Shown here: in pieces, positions 14,901 to 25,749 of the stretch
How positions within the stretch are numbered: the stretch's first letter is position 1
How the letters are laid out: every line of letters begins with the position of its first letter
DNA from: Octopus sinensis
Taxonomy: Eukaryota
NCBI RefSeq assembly: GCF_006345805.1
Contig: NC_042998.1
Location: 40,114,001-40,178,000, forward strand
Reading direction: 5' to 3'
DNA: 64,000 nucleotides
Program-made: the position numbers and the translations under genes
Notes under the pieces: generated by a model
What the model was told of the DNA's origin: nothing
What the model saw: the letters and a program-made list of their open reading frames with translations, nothing else
Database searches by the model: none

Positions 14901-17900
14901 AAAATTAGTAACTGGAAATAGCTTTTTTTTTCTTTTTTTGTAGTAAATTACATCTCTTAAATTATGAATTTCTATCTAGTCTGATAATAACACACCAAAA
15001 CTCTTATATTTTTCTCCTTCTTACACATTGTACTTTTCATAATTTAGCCAAGAGGTGGAGCAAGCTCTTCAAAGAGACCCATCAGCTGAAACTTGCCAAC
15101 AGATCTTAACAACTCTTCAAAATTCTATTCCTGCTATGGAGACAACTTACATTAATTTCTCATGGTAATTATCTTATCTAATTTTAAATGAGAAAATTAA
15201 TATAGAATGGTTATAATATTTTAATTTTTCCATAATTAGAATATGTAAACTGTTTGTTATATTTCTCAGGTGCTAATTTTCTCAACTGTATACCTAGAAG
15301 TCATTTACTGTTTCTACTCTTATGGAGTGATACACGTACTAATACTGAGTTTAAATTTTATGATTTCTAGTTGCCTTGCGATGAATATTGAAAAACCCTG
15401 TGATACTGAAGCATTCAATTCTTTGTCAAATCAGCTAAACCTGTTGCTCTCTGAGTTAGGAGGCCATGTAAATATTCTTTTCTTTCTTAATATGAATATC
15501 TCTAAAAGATGTTTCCTTTAAGCCATATTATATATCATATCTTTCAGTTAAAAGTCTATAAATATATTTACAGGTATTTTTTATAAATATTTTCAGTAAT
15601 GCCACTCATATATGAACCAAACTCAGCAATAAATCAACATATATTTTTATATTTATCTTTTTCTTTTGAGATGTTTTATTAAACTTTCTTCATCAGTTTT
15701 TTTTTCTCTCTCAGAATAAATCTAAGCTCAGATTTCATTTCTGTTTAGCATAGTCATTGGCACAAATATGTTTATTGCTGCTACTGTGAGAGTGGGCTGA
15801 AAAGTTCAAAGGCTGACTGAAGGAGTGATGTTAGAACTGTGAAATCTTGCATGCATTAATTTCAACTCTTCATATAAATAACTGCATTGTTTCTTTCCAG
15901 GTAAATGCACATCTGACTGTTCAAAGAAGACTTGAAAAGTAACTAGTAGTGACTTCTCTTGAAAATGGACAAAATTTGGCATTTCTGTGTTATCAAGTAC
16001 CTGCAGAAAAAGGGTTTAGCCCCCATAGACATTCATGCTAACATGGTTGCTACTTTAGGGGATGACACTCTAGCTTTATCAACAGTGCAAAAGTGGGCAG
16101 CTGAATTTATGAGGGCAAGAGAGAGTCTTGAAGATGACCCAAGGTCTGGACATTCTGCAACTGCCGCCATTGAGGAAATCATTAATTGTGTTCACCACAT
16201 GCTGATGGATGACAGGCAATTAACTATAAATCAAATAGCCAATGCTATTAGTATATCCCATAAGAGAGTTGAGAATATTCTGTGCAATGAACTTGGCATA
16301 ATGAAGGTTTCTGCTCAGTGGGTGTCACATCTGACATCTGATCAAAAGTGCACCAGGCTGATTACATCATGGGAAAATCTGACATGGTTTGAGGCAGATC
16401 CAACTGGTTTCCTTGGATGTTTCATAAGCCATGATGAGTATTGGGTTCATCGCTTTGAACCAGTGGCAAAGAGACAATCCATACTGTGGAAACACCCCTC
16501 CTTAACTGCTCTGAAGAAGGCCAAGGTCATTTCATCTGCAAGGAAGGTGATGGTCTCAGTTTTTTGGGATGCCTTTGTGCATCCCAAAAAACTGAGAGCC
16601 ACACCATCAATGGAGGGTATTATGCCAACTTACCGAGGTAGTTATGAAAGGCTGTCAAAACAAAACACCTAGGAAAATTGATGAAATGGGTCTTGTTTCA
16701 TCAGGACAATGCTCCAGCACACAAGTCCTTGGTTTCAGTGGTTGCTGTATGTGACCATGGCTTTGAGCTGGTTGATCACTCTCCCTATTCTCCTGATTTG
16801 GCCCCATCTGACTATTATTTGTTCCTCAACAGAAAAAAATACTTAGCCGTGAACTAGTGTCACAGTGATGATGATGCCATATCTGATGTTCATGACTTTT
16901 TCTGACCAACAGGATGAAAGCTTCTTCAACAATGGGATCCAAACACTGCAACACTGATGGAAGAAGTGTGTAGACTGCAAGGGGGACTGTTGAAAAATAA
17001 ACCTCATTTGGTCATATTCCGAGAGATTATCTTGATCAACCTATGAACTTTTCAGCCAACTCTCATAGTGTTAATCTACTCAGAATAGACGTTATTTGCA
17101 TTGTTTTTGTAGCCCCATCATTTTAACATTAATAATTCTGCTTTAAATAACTGAAGCTATTGAATTAATAATGATAAAAAATACATTAGTATTTCTGTTT
17201 GATTCACATTTTAATAGCCAATGCTTCTGTAGGTCATAGTAAGAAGAATGAAAGGTTATTGAAAAGTGTATTATACTTTGTGTTGGCTTGTTGCCATCTT
17301 AACTTCTTGCATGATTCCATTTCCATTACTGTGATTTTTTGAAATTTAAATTTACTAAGGCTTACAGTTTTTCTTGTTATATTTTTACACTGTATAAAAT
17401 AATTTCTGAAAGAGCCTAATTTATGACTCATTTATATTAGCTCCCAAGGGATTGTCCCTGAACTCAATATGTGTATAGTGTAATATTTGTTTGTATCTTT
17501 TTTTCTTGTTAGGACAATGAACCCAAAGTCACCAGTGCTCATCTACAAGCTTTGTTTTTTCTCCCAGATAAAAGGTAATATATTTTTATGTGTGTGACCA
17601 TCATGGTAATTTTTATGTCTTTTTCCATTCTGGCATGTGTTGGATGGGTCTGTTGCATCACCTGACACACACATGAGGAGAAAACTACCAACATGTATTT
17701 TTGTGGATGCCCTTCAGTCCAAGCCACTTTACAGCATAGCCACTGTTTCTACCAGGTATTTGACGTGAGGACGAGGAGAAATGCTGGCCAGAAATGTTTT
17801 AGTAATTTCTAACATATACATATAATTTCTGTCTGACTATTTGTATATGTGTGTGTGTGATGATGATGATGATCATCATCATCATTTAATGTCTGCTTTC

Positions 17901-20638
17901 CACACTGGCATGGGTTGGATGGTTTGGCAGGAGCTGGCAAGCCAGAAGACTTTTGACGTGGTTTTTATGGCCGGATTCCCTCCCCAATGCCAACCGCTTT
18001 ATAGAGTGAACTGTATGCTTTTTACATGGCATCAGCTCTAGTGAAGTTTACTTTGGCATGGTGTTTGCAGCTGGGGGCCCTTCCAAATGCCAACCACTTT
18101 ACAGTGTGGACTGGAGGCTTTTTACAAGGCACCAGCACTGGCAGGGTCACCAAGTAACTTGCAAGACAAAGATCCTTTGAGCATGGGTGAGGTGTATTGG
18201 AGAAGGTGGCCTTGTGCCAGGTGATGAGAGGTTAGAATGTGACAGAGGGACAGAAACAGGTGTCTTGCTGTAGAGGAGATACATGATTACCCAGTCAGAT
18301 GGAGAGAGAGAGAGAGAGAGTGGCAATGTGCTAGGGCATACCCTCACTGTATGGGGATTAGAATATAAATGGGATTGTAGAGTATTGCCAATGTGTTCTC
18401 TCATACACATACTGTTTTTCTTTTTTTTAAGGCTTTGTATTTATTAAAGTGTTAAATCGAAATCGAATCGAAACCGAATGAACCAGCCAGGATCCCTGGC
18501 CTGGTGGTACGTAAAAAGCACATCCGACTCGGGGCCGTGGACACGTAAAATACTCCAATGCGACCGTACGACAGGCACCCATGCCCACCCCCTTTGCTTG
18601 TGAAGACATGTTGGGGCAAGCGAAATCGAAATCGAATTGAACCAGCCAGGATCCCTGGTCTGGTGGTACGTAAAAAGCACTATCCGACTCGTGGCCGTGG
18701 CACGTAAAATACTCCAATGCGACCGTACGACAGGCACCCTTGCCAACCCCTTTGCTGTGAAGACATGTTGGCAAGTGAAATCGAATCGAATTGAACCAGC
18801 CAGGATCCCTGGTCTGGTGGTTACGTTTAAAAAGCACTATCCGACTCGTGGCCGATGCCAGCACCGCCTCGACTGGCTTCCGTGCCGGTGGCACATAAAA
18901 TACACCAATCTGACCGTGGCCGTTGCCAGCCCCGCCTGGCACCTGTGCAGGTGGCACGTAAAAAGCACCCACTACACTCACGGAGTGGTTGGCGTTAGGA
19001 AGGGCATCCAGCTGTAGAAACATTGCCAAATTAGACTGGAGCCTGGTGCAGCCTTCTGGCTTCCCAGAACCCCGGTCGAACCGTCCAACCCATGCTAGCA
19101 TGGAGAACGGACGTTAAACGACGATGATGATGATGATGATTAACCAACTTAGTTATATTTTGTGATTTTTTTGTACTTTTGAGCATACATCATAAAGTGC
19201 ATCCAGTAAAGAGGCTGCTAGACAAATGAGGACGATGTAGGGTTGAGAGGACCCTTTAGTCTTCTCAATATGACACTCTGTCTCATGCTGGTGCCACAAT
19301 AATACGAACACAGTACATTCTGTAAAGTGATTGGTGATAGGAATGGCATTGATCTATAAAAACCAAGCCCAAATTGGAAGACAGAGATGAGCCTTGATTT
19401 CTTACCTATCTAGGAAGGCAATAACTCTGTATAAGAACTACATAGGCCATGGTGACCTGTGCAACCCATGCCAACATGAAAAGTAAACCTTAAATAATAA
19501 TGGTGGTGGTGGTAGTGGTGGCATCTGCAGTTGTGGCAGCAGTAGCATTGTTATTATATTTGTTATTGTTCACATCCTCCATGTAATAACAAAAATGTGG
19601 TTTGTAGCAATGTGTAGCATTTCAAAATGTATTAACCAAAATATGTGGTTTTCAAAAATGTTTTTTCAGTAGTTTTTTTAACTGCCTATCTTCAGTAGCA
19701 AAGTTAGAAATAATTATGATAGCATGAAATTGTCTTTCAAAGTTTTAGTTTTTAGGATATGCATGACTTTCTGTTTGAAAACCACTGATTCTTAATAATC
19801 ATTTAGTGATTGCAAATTATAGTGAAAAACCATTCTAAAAATGATAATGTGTAATATGGAAATTCAGAATGTAAAGAAATGATAATTAGGATGAATTAAC
19901 TAAGTAGATAATGTCTAAAAGATAAACTAAAGTCTTTAGAATATAGTAATTGCAAATTAAACTCTACTGCAAAAAAGGAGAATAATATGAATATGGATGA
20001 GTGCTTTAAGCTGTTGATCTATTATTAGTGTATGAGTGTGTGTAGTGATTAGTATAAGAACCTTTAAAGATTTCATACAGTCAGTTTTGTCTGAGTAATA
20101 TTACTTGTCAGAGAAAGGGCAGCAAGCTGGCAGGATAATTAGCACACTGGGCAAAATGCTTAGCAGCATTTTGTCCGTCTTTACAATCTGAGTTCAAATT
20201 CTGCCAAGTTCACTTTGCCTTTCATCTTTTTGGAGGTCAATAAAATAAGTACCAGTTGAGCATTGGGGTTGATATAAATGACTTAGATCCTCCCTGGAAT
20301 TGCTGGCCTCATACTAAAATTTAAAACCAATATTACTTGTCAGACAATTCTGGCTGTGGTAAACCTTTAGATATGGGTTGGTAAACTTGGTTACCACACA
20401 CACATACATATACATACACTAAATTCCACACACTACTACAGTAAGCATATTATAAGCACTCTTATGTTTGTATGTGAAAAAACATAAATGAACACATATA
20501 TCTGGCTATATGTTAAAAAATTTTTAAAGGTTATTTTCACTTTTGCCTTTCAGAGAAATATTGAACAATGGTCTTGGCCAACTGGAAAACATGATTCGTG
20601 GTTTGCGTACATATCACTCAAAGTTAATAGCAACGTGA
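893..20638 (+). CDS. SWT1: SWT1-like PIN-domain RNA endoribonuclease, 3' part (16 coding exons; 5' exons upstream of window)
   Basis: Manual splicing gives one open frame. Exons: 893-972, 1270-1368, 2205-2286, 4094-4182, 5273-5330, 6703-6794, 8141-8235, 9531-9593, 10783-10880, 10996-11080, 11369-11507, 13472-13572, 15048-15164, 15371-15467, 17513-17574, 20554-20638 (TGA). All introns are GT-AG with matching phases. PIN motifs VVPWVVMQELDALK, ENNDDKILQCC and VLFSNDKNLCNK are present, then RKPPWDL..KKHWIAVFG and the C-terminal REILNNGLGQLENM, as in SWT1 orthologues. Confidence 0.9.
2655..3711 (-). mobile_element. 5'-truncated CR1-type LINE (reverse transcriptase C-terminal part) in SWT1 intron
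   Basis: Uninterrupted ORF 2728-3711 with GVPQGSVLGPLLF, YADD, ERDLGI, VRPHLEFASSVWNP and WNKLP motifs, followed by a short 3'UTR and a (TTA)n tail at 2655-2678. Confidence 0.92.
4567..4786. mobile_element. piggyBac-like MITE (family 1)
   Basis: TTAA|CCCTTTCGTTAC ... GTAACAAAAGGG|TTAA. Confidence 0.8.
5688..6087 (-). mobile_element. tRNA-headed SINE, family A
   Basis: On the minus strand it begins CAGGAGTGGCTGTGTGGTAAG (A box) ... GGTTCAGTCCC (B box), has a central (TA/CA)n tract and ends GAAACAAGTAAAAGAGTA. It is repeated several times in the window. Confidence 0.85.
7076..7275. mobile_element. piggyBac-like MITE (family 1, opposite orientation to 4567-4786)
   Basis: TTAA|CCCTTTTG ... GTAACAAAAGGG|TTAA. 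The interior is the reverse complement of the 4567 copy (shared GAGATGCTCTGTGTTTCTTTCAA and GTGACTAAGGTTTGGT). Confidence 0.8.
7839..8051. mobile_element. piggyBac-like MITE (family 2)
   Basis: TTAA|CCCATTAGCATTTA ... AAACACTAAGGG|TTAA. Confidence 0.7.
8938..9213. mobile_element. hAT-like MITE
   Basis: TIRs CAGGGGGCATAGCTAGGG / CCCTAGCTACACCCCTG. No clear TSD. Confidence 0.6.
9880..10200 (-). mobile_element. Decayed RTE LINE 3' fragment
   Basis: Translation ERLVRQIPQAEPTGRRPGGRPRMRWLDNI, typical of RTE ORF C-termini. Confidence 0.65.
11560..12070 (+). mobile_element. Decayed Tigger/pogo-like transposase C-terminal fragment
   Basis: LMKAIDKKDKPTLRDFWKKLNTMDAVDNIAESW, then EDDVVELL in a broken frame, matching the pogo/Tigger C-terminal pattern. 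Confidence 0.6.
12746..12949. mobile_element. hAT (Charlie-like) MITE
   Basis: Starts CAGTGGTTCTCAACC and ends with the degenerate GTTGAGGAGTCCACTG. A related copy lies in opposite orientation at 34449-34675. Confidence 0.55.
15787..17065 (+). mobile_element. Full-length but inactivated mariner transposon in SWT1 intron
   Basis: About 30-bp TIRs TGAGAGTGGGCTGAAAAGTTCAAAGGCTGA / TCAACCTATGAACTTTTCAGCCAACTCTCA followed by TA. ORF 15959-16672 (HTH, DDPRSG, WVSHL for WVPHEL, HDEYWVH, KVMVSVFWD), then frameshifted HQDNAPAH and PYSPDLAPSDYYLF with in-frame stops. Confidence 0.92.
18445..19140 (+). mobile_element. (GAT)n-tailed repeat family B, young copy with tandemly amplified 5' module
   Basis: Core GGTTGGCGTTAGGAAGGGCATCCAGCTGTAGAAAC ... 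CATGCTAGCATGGAGAACGGACGTTAAAC(GAT)n. More than 12 related copies are in the window (e.g. 13717, 14560, 17860, 24005, 25220, 26645, 33530, 39095, 39875, 52025, 52360, 59560). Confidence 0.8.
20115..20330 (+). mobile_element. SINE family C (B-box GAGTTCAAATT, Meta-domain-like core)
   Basis: Core ACTTTGCCTTTTCATC..GGTCAATAAAATAAGTACC. Related copies lie on the minus strand at about 2425-2600, 51870-52030, 54545-54770, 54915-55130, 58085-58300 and 62160-62320. The Meta-domain assignment is from memory of the consensus. Confidence 0.7.
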
Positions 20639-21201
20639 CAAAAGTTAGTTAAGTAGCCAATATTTGGCTGGTTATTTGCAATAATATCACCTTCCAAATT
20701 GACTTTTTCAAGTTGAATTACATAACATCGAAGCTAATCAGATTTATGATTTGCTATTAAGGTTATTAAATGCTATTTGTTTAAAACTGAGTGTACTGTT
20801 GTTATTGATATAACAGGAATTAGAAATAAGTCTCATATAACCTTCATAGTTAATAAGGAACTCCTTTTTCATTTGTGATTGTCTTATTTCACTTAATGTT
20901 ACAAAAATGAAATGAAAAAAAAGAAAAAAATGTTTAGCTTTTAAGCAATTATTCTTTTTTCTTTGTTTTTTTTTCCCCCACCAAATTTCATACACACAGA
21001 GGCTTGCATGCATTTTTGCGCATATATGTATATGTGCATGTATACATGCACCACTACCTGCCCACATACTCATACACATCAACCAGCAAATGTGTGCACA
21101 ACACGAAGATGTAAGACATCTTGAGTGACTCAGGGTTTATCTTCTCCCTAACTTGCTATCCCAATGAAGTTGTGATGTATTCTGCTTGAATATTAATTCT
21201 T

Positions 21202-21643
21202 TCAGAAAGTTGAGCATTGCCAATCTTCTTGCAATTCTTTGAGATCAAACATATCAACCTCATTATCTTCATCACTTTGGAAAGGTCTGAAAAGACTATG
21301 AGCATTTTATTCCCAGTTTAAATAAAAATAGAAAAAGTAAACATGATTAGTTGGAGAAGAATAAGTAATTTTCTCACAAGGCTAGATAAACTGAAACAAG
21401 TAGAATTGTCTTACCTAGATACAAACACAACAAAACAGCCACACTGAGGCAAAAATTCAGTAATCTATTATTTTACCTGTATGAAATTCTTAGGTAATAA
21501 TGCAAAAATACTACTGGAAGATACTCAGGTTCTACATTGTATTGCCACCCTCAGACTTCTAGGAAAGCATACCATGTATCACCAATTTTTTTTTCCAAAT
21601 CATTTTCCAACATTTCAGAACATCCTTTCTCCATTTTTCTCAT
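21202..21643 (-). other. Candidate cryptic two-exon small ORF with one in-frame TGA (status unknown: pseudogene, lncRNA or recoded gene)
   Basis: ATG at 21643, exon 21643-21477, CAG|GTAAAA donor, 190-nt intron, gtcttttcag acceptor, exon 21286-21202. The phases match and give 83 codons with TGA at 21553-21551. No homologue was recognised. Confidence 0.3.
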
Positions 21644-22462
21644 TTTTATAATTCCTATTTACATTACATTCAGGTTTATGATTATACTTTAAGAAAAAGT
21701 AATTTGAAAGAAAAACTAACAACAATCTTGATTTAATTATTAATAATTAATACCTTATTTTTAATAATTAATACCTTATTTTTCTGTGATATTTAAGTCA
21801 GTAATCTCACATGAACATGAACATCTTCATCTATATTTATATTTTTTATCTCAATCTCACCTGTTCTAAATTATCTAAAGGGAGTAAAAAAATGTCTTCA
21901 ATGTTTTCTATTTTTACAAAATGAAGAAAAACTGTAAAATTTTGTTAAGAAAAATAAAACTTTAAATAATGTTCTTACTGTTCTTGTTTTAACTTGTAAT
22001 TGTGTTATAGATTACTAGACAGATGATGATTCATTTAGCTCTCAAATCAGCTTTATTATGTATTCCTTCTTTTCTCAAGCACAGAAAACCTGTTTTACAT
22101 TCTCCAGTGTGTCCTTTTTTAAAATGAATGGGAGATTTGGCTGATAAATCAAAGAATGAGTGATCAAATAGAGACTCCATGTAATGTAATCAGTATTCTA
22201 GCATGCAATAAATACAAGTTGTTAAGTTTGTGGAAATAGTAGATCATTAGAAGAAATGTCTTAAAGAATACAATTTTGATTGTCTTCCATTTAAGTTGAA
22301 ATGTTGAGTTGAGATGACTTCAGCTACTACCTGTAGGTTAATTAAATTGATTTACTGTTTATGTTAACATCTTTTCAACAGATGCTTTTACAACATCATC
22401 GTTTTACATCTGTTTTCCATGCTAGCATAGATTGGATGGGTCATGAGACCACATCATGTTTT

Positions 22463-22748
22463 TGTGCTGATGGTATGTAAAATGTACTTGTGCCAGTACC
22501 ACATTAAATGCATTTATACTGGTGCCACATTAAATGCACTCTTGCTGATGCCATGTGAAATGCACTTATACTGGTACCATGTATAATACACTCATGCCAG
22601 TACCAGGTAAAATGCACTCATACTAGTTCCACATGAAATACACTTGTGTGGTGCCATGTGTAATGCACTTGTGCTGGTGTCATGTGCATTGCACTCGTGC
22701 TGGTTCCACATAAGATGCTCTCATGCCAGTGCCATGTAAAATGCATCC
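22463..22748 (+). repeat. 26-bp degenerate minisatellite, about 11 units
   Basis: Units approximate TGTGCTGGTGCCATGTAAAATGCACT, embedded in a family B copy. Confidence 0.85.
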
Positions 22749-24004
22749 ATAAATGCAATGCATAAAAGGCATCCAGCCAAAATAGACAATTGGAACCTGG
22801 GCAGTTCTCTGGCTGGCCGGTTCCTATCACACTGTCCAACCCATGCCAGCATGGAAAACGAATATTGATGATGATGATGTTTCTATGGTTGGATGCCATT
22901 CCTAACATCAAGCCCTTTACAAAGTATACAAATCCTTATTTTCATGGCACCAGTACTAAACAGATTGTTACATCTTTGACAAGACTAACGTGTTCACCCA
23001 CCTTCACAGTTAACAAAGAGTACTGGATGCATTTTATGGTGTCAGCTTTGGAGAGCCAAAAGAGTGATAACAAAAGATGGGTAAATAGCATGAATGATGA
23101 ATATTATTGATGTGAAATGATTAGGAAGAGGAGAGTATAGGAAGAGTGTATGTGGTACATGCAGATCTAATGAAGTTTTCTTTTAAGTATTTATCTTGTG
23201 ACAGTGACAGAGATAGGGTGATAAGAATGAGAGAGGGAAGGGTTGACTGTTGAAGTGGTCAAATAGGTCCCACAAAAGCAATGTCCAGTGACTAAAAAGA
23301 TCCACTGCTATCATTTGTCACTTCAGCAGCGTTGTACAGTGAGAGTTTTCAAGAAATGAGCAATAAGGTATGGATACTAGCAACAAGAGTGATAAAAGCA
23401 AAGATGATAAGAGACATGGATGATGGTGATATAGATGATAGGTGAGTGATAAGAGGGATGTGTGGTAAGAAGAATGAGTGTTAGATGCATTAAGGGATGA
23501 GGCTATTGAAGAAGCGAGTGATGTAAGCCTGATAGTGTGTGTGGTCTGTGTATATTGGTGAAATAAACATCAGAGATACTTTGCCCCATGCAGAAATTGC
23601 CAGAATAGCTGAGATATTGCAACTTCAGATGAATCCACCACAGTAACAGAAACCCTTCCACATCATTAGCAGATATCTCAGGATCACAAGCATTTCACCC
23701 TCTAGCCTGTATGCTTTGCTTTAGTGGGGCAGCATGAACTGAATTAGTCTTCACCTGCAAAAGGGTTCCATCTGTTATCTCTTGTCAACCACAGCCATCT
23801 TGATCTGGTTTCACCTGCCATGCCTATCTCCTTGGTGGCTCACTTGTTTGGATTCCAGACTGATTTTTTTTTGAGAAGTAGTACACTGATCTCACTGGAA
23901 AGCCACAGCAGCCAACATCAATAGGGAATGAGGCAGTGTGCCATCCTTTTACACTGTGCCCCTTTGCTAAAGGTGTGTGTGTGTGTAAGTATATATATAT
24001 ATCA

Positions 24005-24250
24005 TTATCATCATCATCGTTTAACGTCCGTTCTCCATGCTAGCATGGGTTGGACGGTTCAACCGGGGATCTGGGAAGCCAGAAGGCTGCACCAGGCTCC
24101 AGTCTTATCTGGCAATGTTTCTACAGCTGGATGCCCTTCCTAACGCCAACCACTCCGTAAGTGTAGTGGGTGCTTTTTACGTGCCACCTGCACAGGTGCC
24201 AGGCGAGGCTGGCAACGGCCACGGTCGGATTGGTGTATTTTACGTGATTA
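24005..24250 (-). mobile_element. Repeat family B copy
   Basis: Near-identical to 25220-25372 (shared CCAGTCTTATCTGGCAATG variant). Confidence 0.8.
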
Positions 24251-24361
24251 ATTAATTAATTGATTAATAATTAATGATTTTACCAAGTAGTTCAGTAAAC
24301 TTAAACACAAATTTTTATAATTATGAGTATAATTATAAAACTTTGTATATATATATAGGTG

Positions 24362-24528
24362 CAGGAGTAGCTGTGTGGTAAGTAGCTTGCTTACCAACTA
24401 CATGGTTCCGGGTTCAGTCCCACTGCATGGCATCTTGGGAAAATATCTTCTACTATAGCCTCGGGTTGACCATAGCCTTGTGAGTGGATTTGGTAGATGG
24501 AAACTGAAAGAAGCCTGTCGTATATATG

Positions 24529-24559
<31 letters not shown>

Positions 24560-24776
24560 ATGTATATTCGTGTGTCTGTGTTTGTCCCCCTAGCATTGCT
24601 TGACAACCGATGCTGGTGTGTTTACGTTGCCGTTACTTAGCGGTTCAGCAAAAGAGACCGATAGAATAAGTACTGGGCTTGCAAAGAATATGTCCCGGGG
24701 TTGATTTGCTCGACTAAAGGCAGTGCTCCAGCATGGCCGCAGTCAAATGACTGAAACAAGTAAAAGAGTAAAAGAG

Positions 24777-24778
<2 letters not shown>
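24362..24778 (+). mobile_element. tRNA-headed SINE, family A
   Basis: Full copy with the same head, body and AGTAAAAGAGTA tail as 5688-6087. Confidence 0.85.
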
Positions 24779-24811
<33 letters not shown>

Positions 24812-25749
24812 TTGTCGTTTATATATATATAAACGGACGCTAAACGATGATGATGATGATGATGATGTCATAATTTAATGTCTGCTCTCCATGCTGGCAT
24901 GAGCTGAACCATTTTCATAGAGCTAGCTAGCAGGGAGCTGTCTGGACTCCAACTGTCTGTTATAGCATGGTTTCTAAGGCTGGATACCTTTTCTCATGCC
25001 AATCACTTAATAGAATATGCTGGTTGCTCTTTTACATGTCACCATCACGGGTGCTTTTATATAGCACTGACATGAGTGTGTTAACGTAGCACTAACACAA
25101 GTGCATTAATGCACCACCAGTACAGGTGCTTTTTAAGTGGCACCAGCACCTGGAAGAACAAGCCTGTATGTGTGGAAGACAGCGATTTTACTTAGCTTGA
25201 CATCTATATATATATGTATATATCATCATCATCATCATCATCGTTTAATGTCCGTTCTCCATGCTAGCATGGGTTGGACGGTTCGACCGGGGATCTGGGA
25301 AGCCAGAAGGCTGCACCAGGCTCCAGTCTTATCTGGCAATGTTTCTACAGCTGGATGCCCTTCCTAACGCCATATATCTATGTATGTATGTATGTACACC
25401 CACATACACTAATTGCTGTAACTGTATATAAGCATAGTTGCTACATAGCCTTTAGTTAAATCTGAAGTAAAAAAAGTATATGTATATTATTGTCATCGAT
25501 TTAATGTCCATTTTCTATGCTTTATTGAAACAAGTTTTCTAGGGCTGGATGTGATTCCTATTGCCAACCCACACCTGTTTCCAAATAAGGTGATATTTCC
25601 TTATGGCAAGACATGCTTTCTTTGAAGATTGGAAACAAAGAATACTGTTTACAGGATGCTGCTGCCCATTTACAAGTGTCATGCAATGCCAAGACAAGGG
25701 AACACACACACACACACACACATGTATGTGTGTGTGTGTATATATATAT

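Noticed and set aside
15270-15370. In-frame 5' extension of SWT1 exon 15371 from a TTTCTCAG acceptor at 15269
   Set aside because: The upstream exon ends in phase 2, which gives TGG TGC TAA (immediate stop) at this acceptor. Only 15371 keeps the frame.
18427-19101. 224-aa and overlapping ORFs (also 24037, 25137, 38995, 39912, 52228 starting MLAWVGRF...)
   Set aside because: They are translations of repeat family B. The same peptide recurs at every copy, and GC-rich repeats lack stops.
21005-21052. Palindromic TGCATGTATACATGCA region (also 41607-41645)
   Set aside because: Alternating purine-pyrimidine simple sequence is intrinsically self-complementary.
21110-21175. SECIS-like AGGG-AGAAGATAAA-CCCT-GA hairpin downstream of the cryptic ORF (minus strand)
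   Set aside because: There is no 5' ATGA quartet and helix II is far too short.
21202-21643. Resemblance of KG..EMLE and EL..DW to APC16 (ANAPC16)
   Set aside because: Only two short motifs recalled from memory match. The spacing and C-terminus do not fit, so no gene symbol was assigned.
22463-22748. CRISPR-like appearance of the 26-bp array
   Set aside because: The units are contiguous without unique spacers, the DNA is eukaryotic and there are no cas genes.
23030-23870. Purine-skewed stretch suggesting a coding exon (also 55560-56290)
   Set aside because: All frames are interrupted. It is probably decayed LINE sequence, but no motif is clear enough to call.
24370-24430. tRNA-like A/B boxes
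   Set aside because: They are SINE heads followed by SINE body, with no complete cloverleaf.
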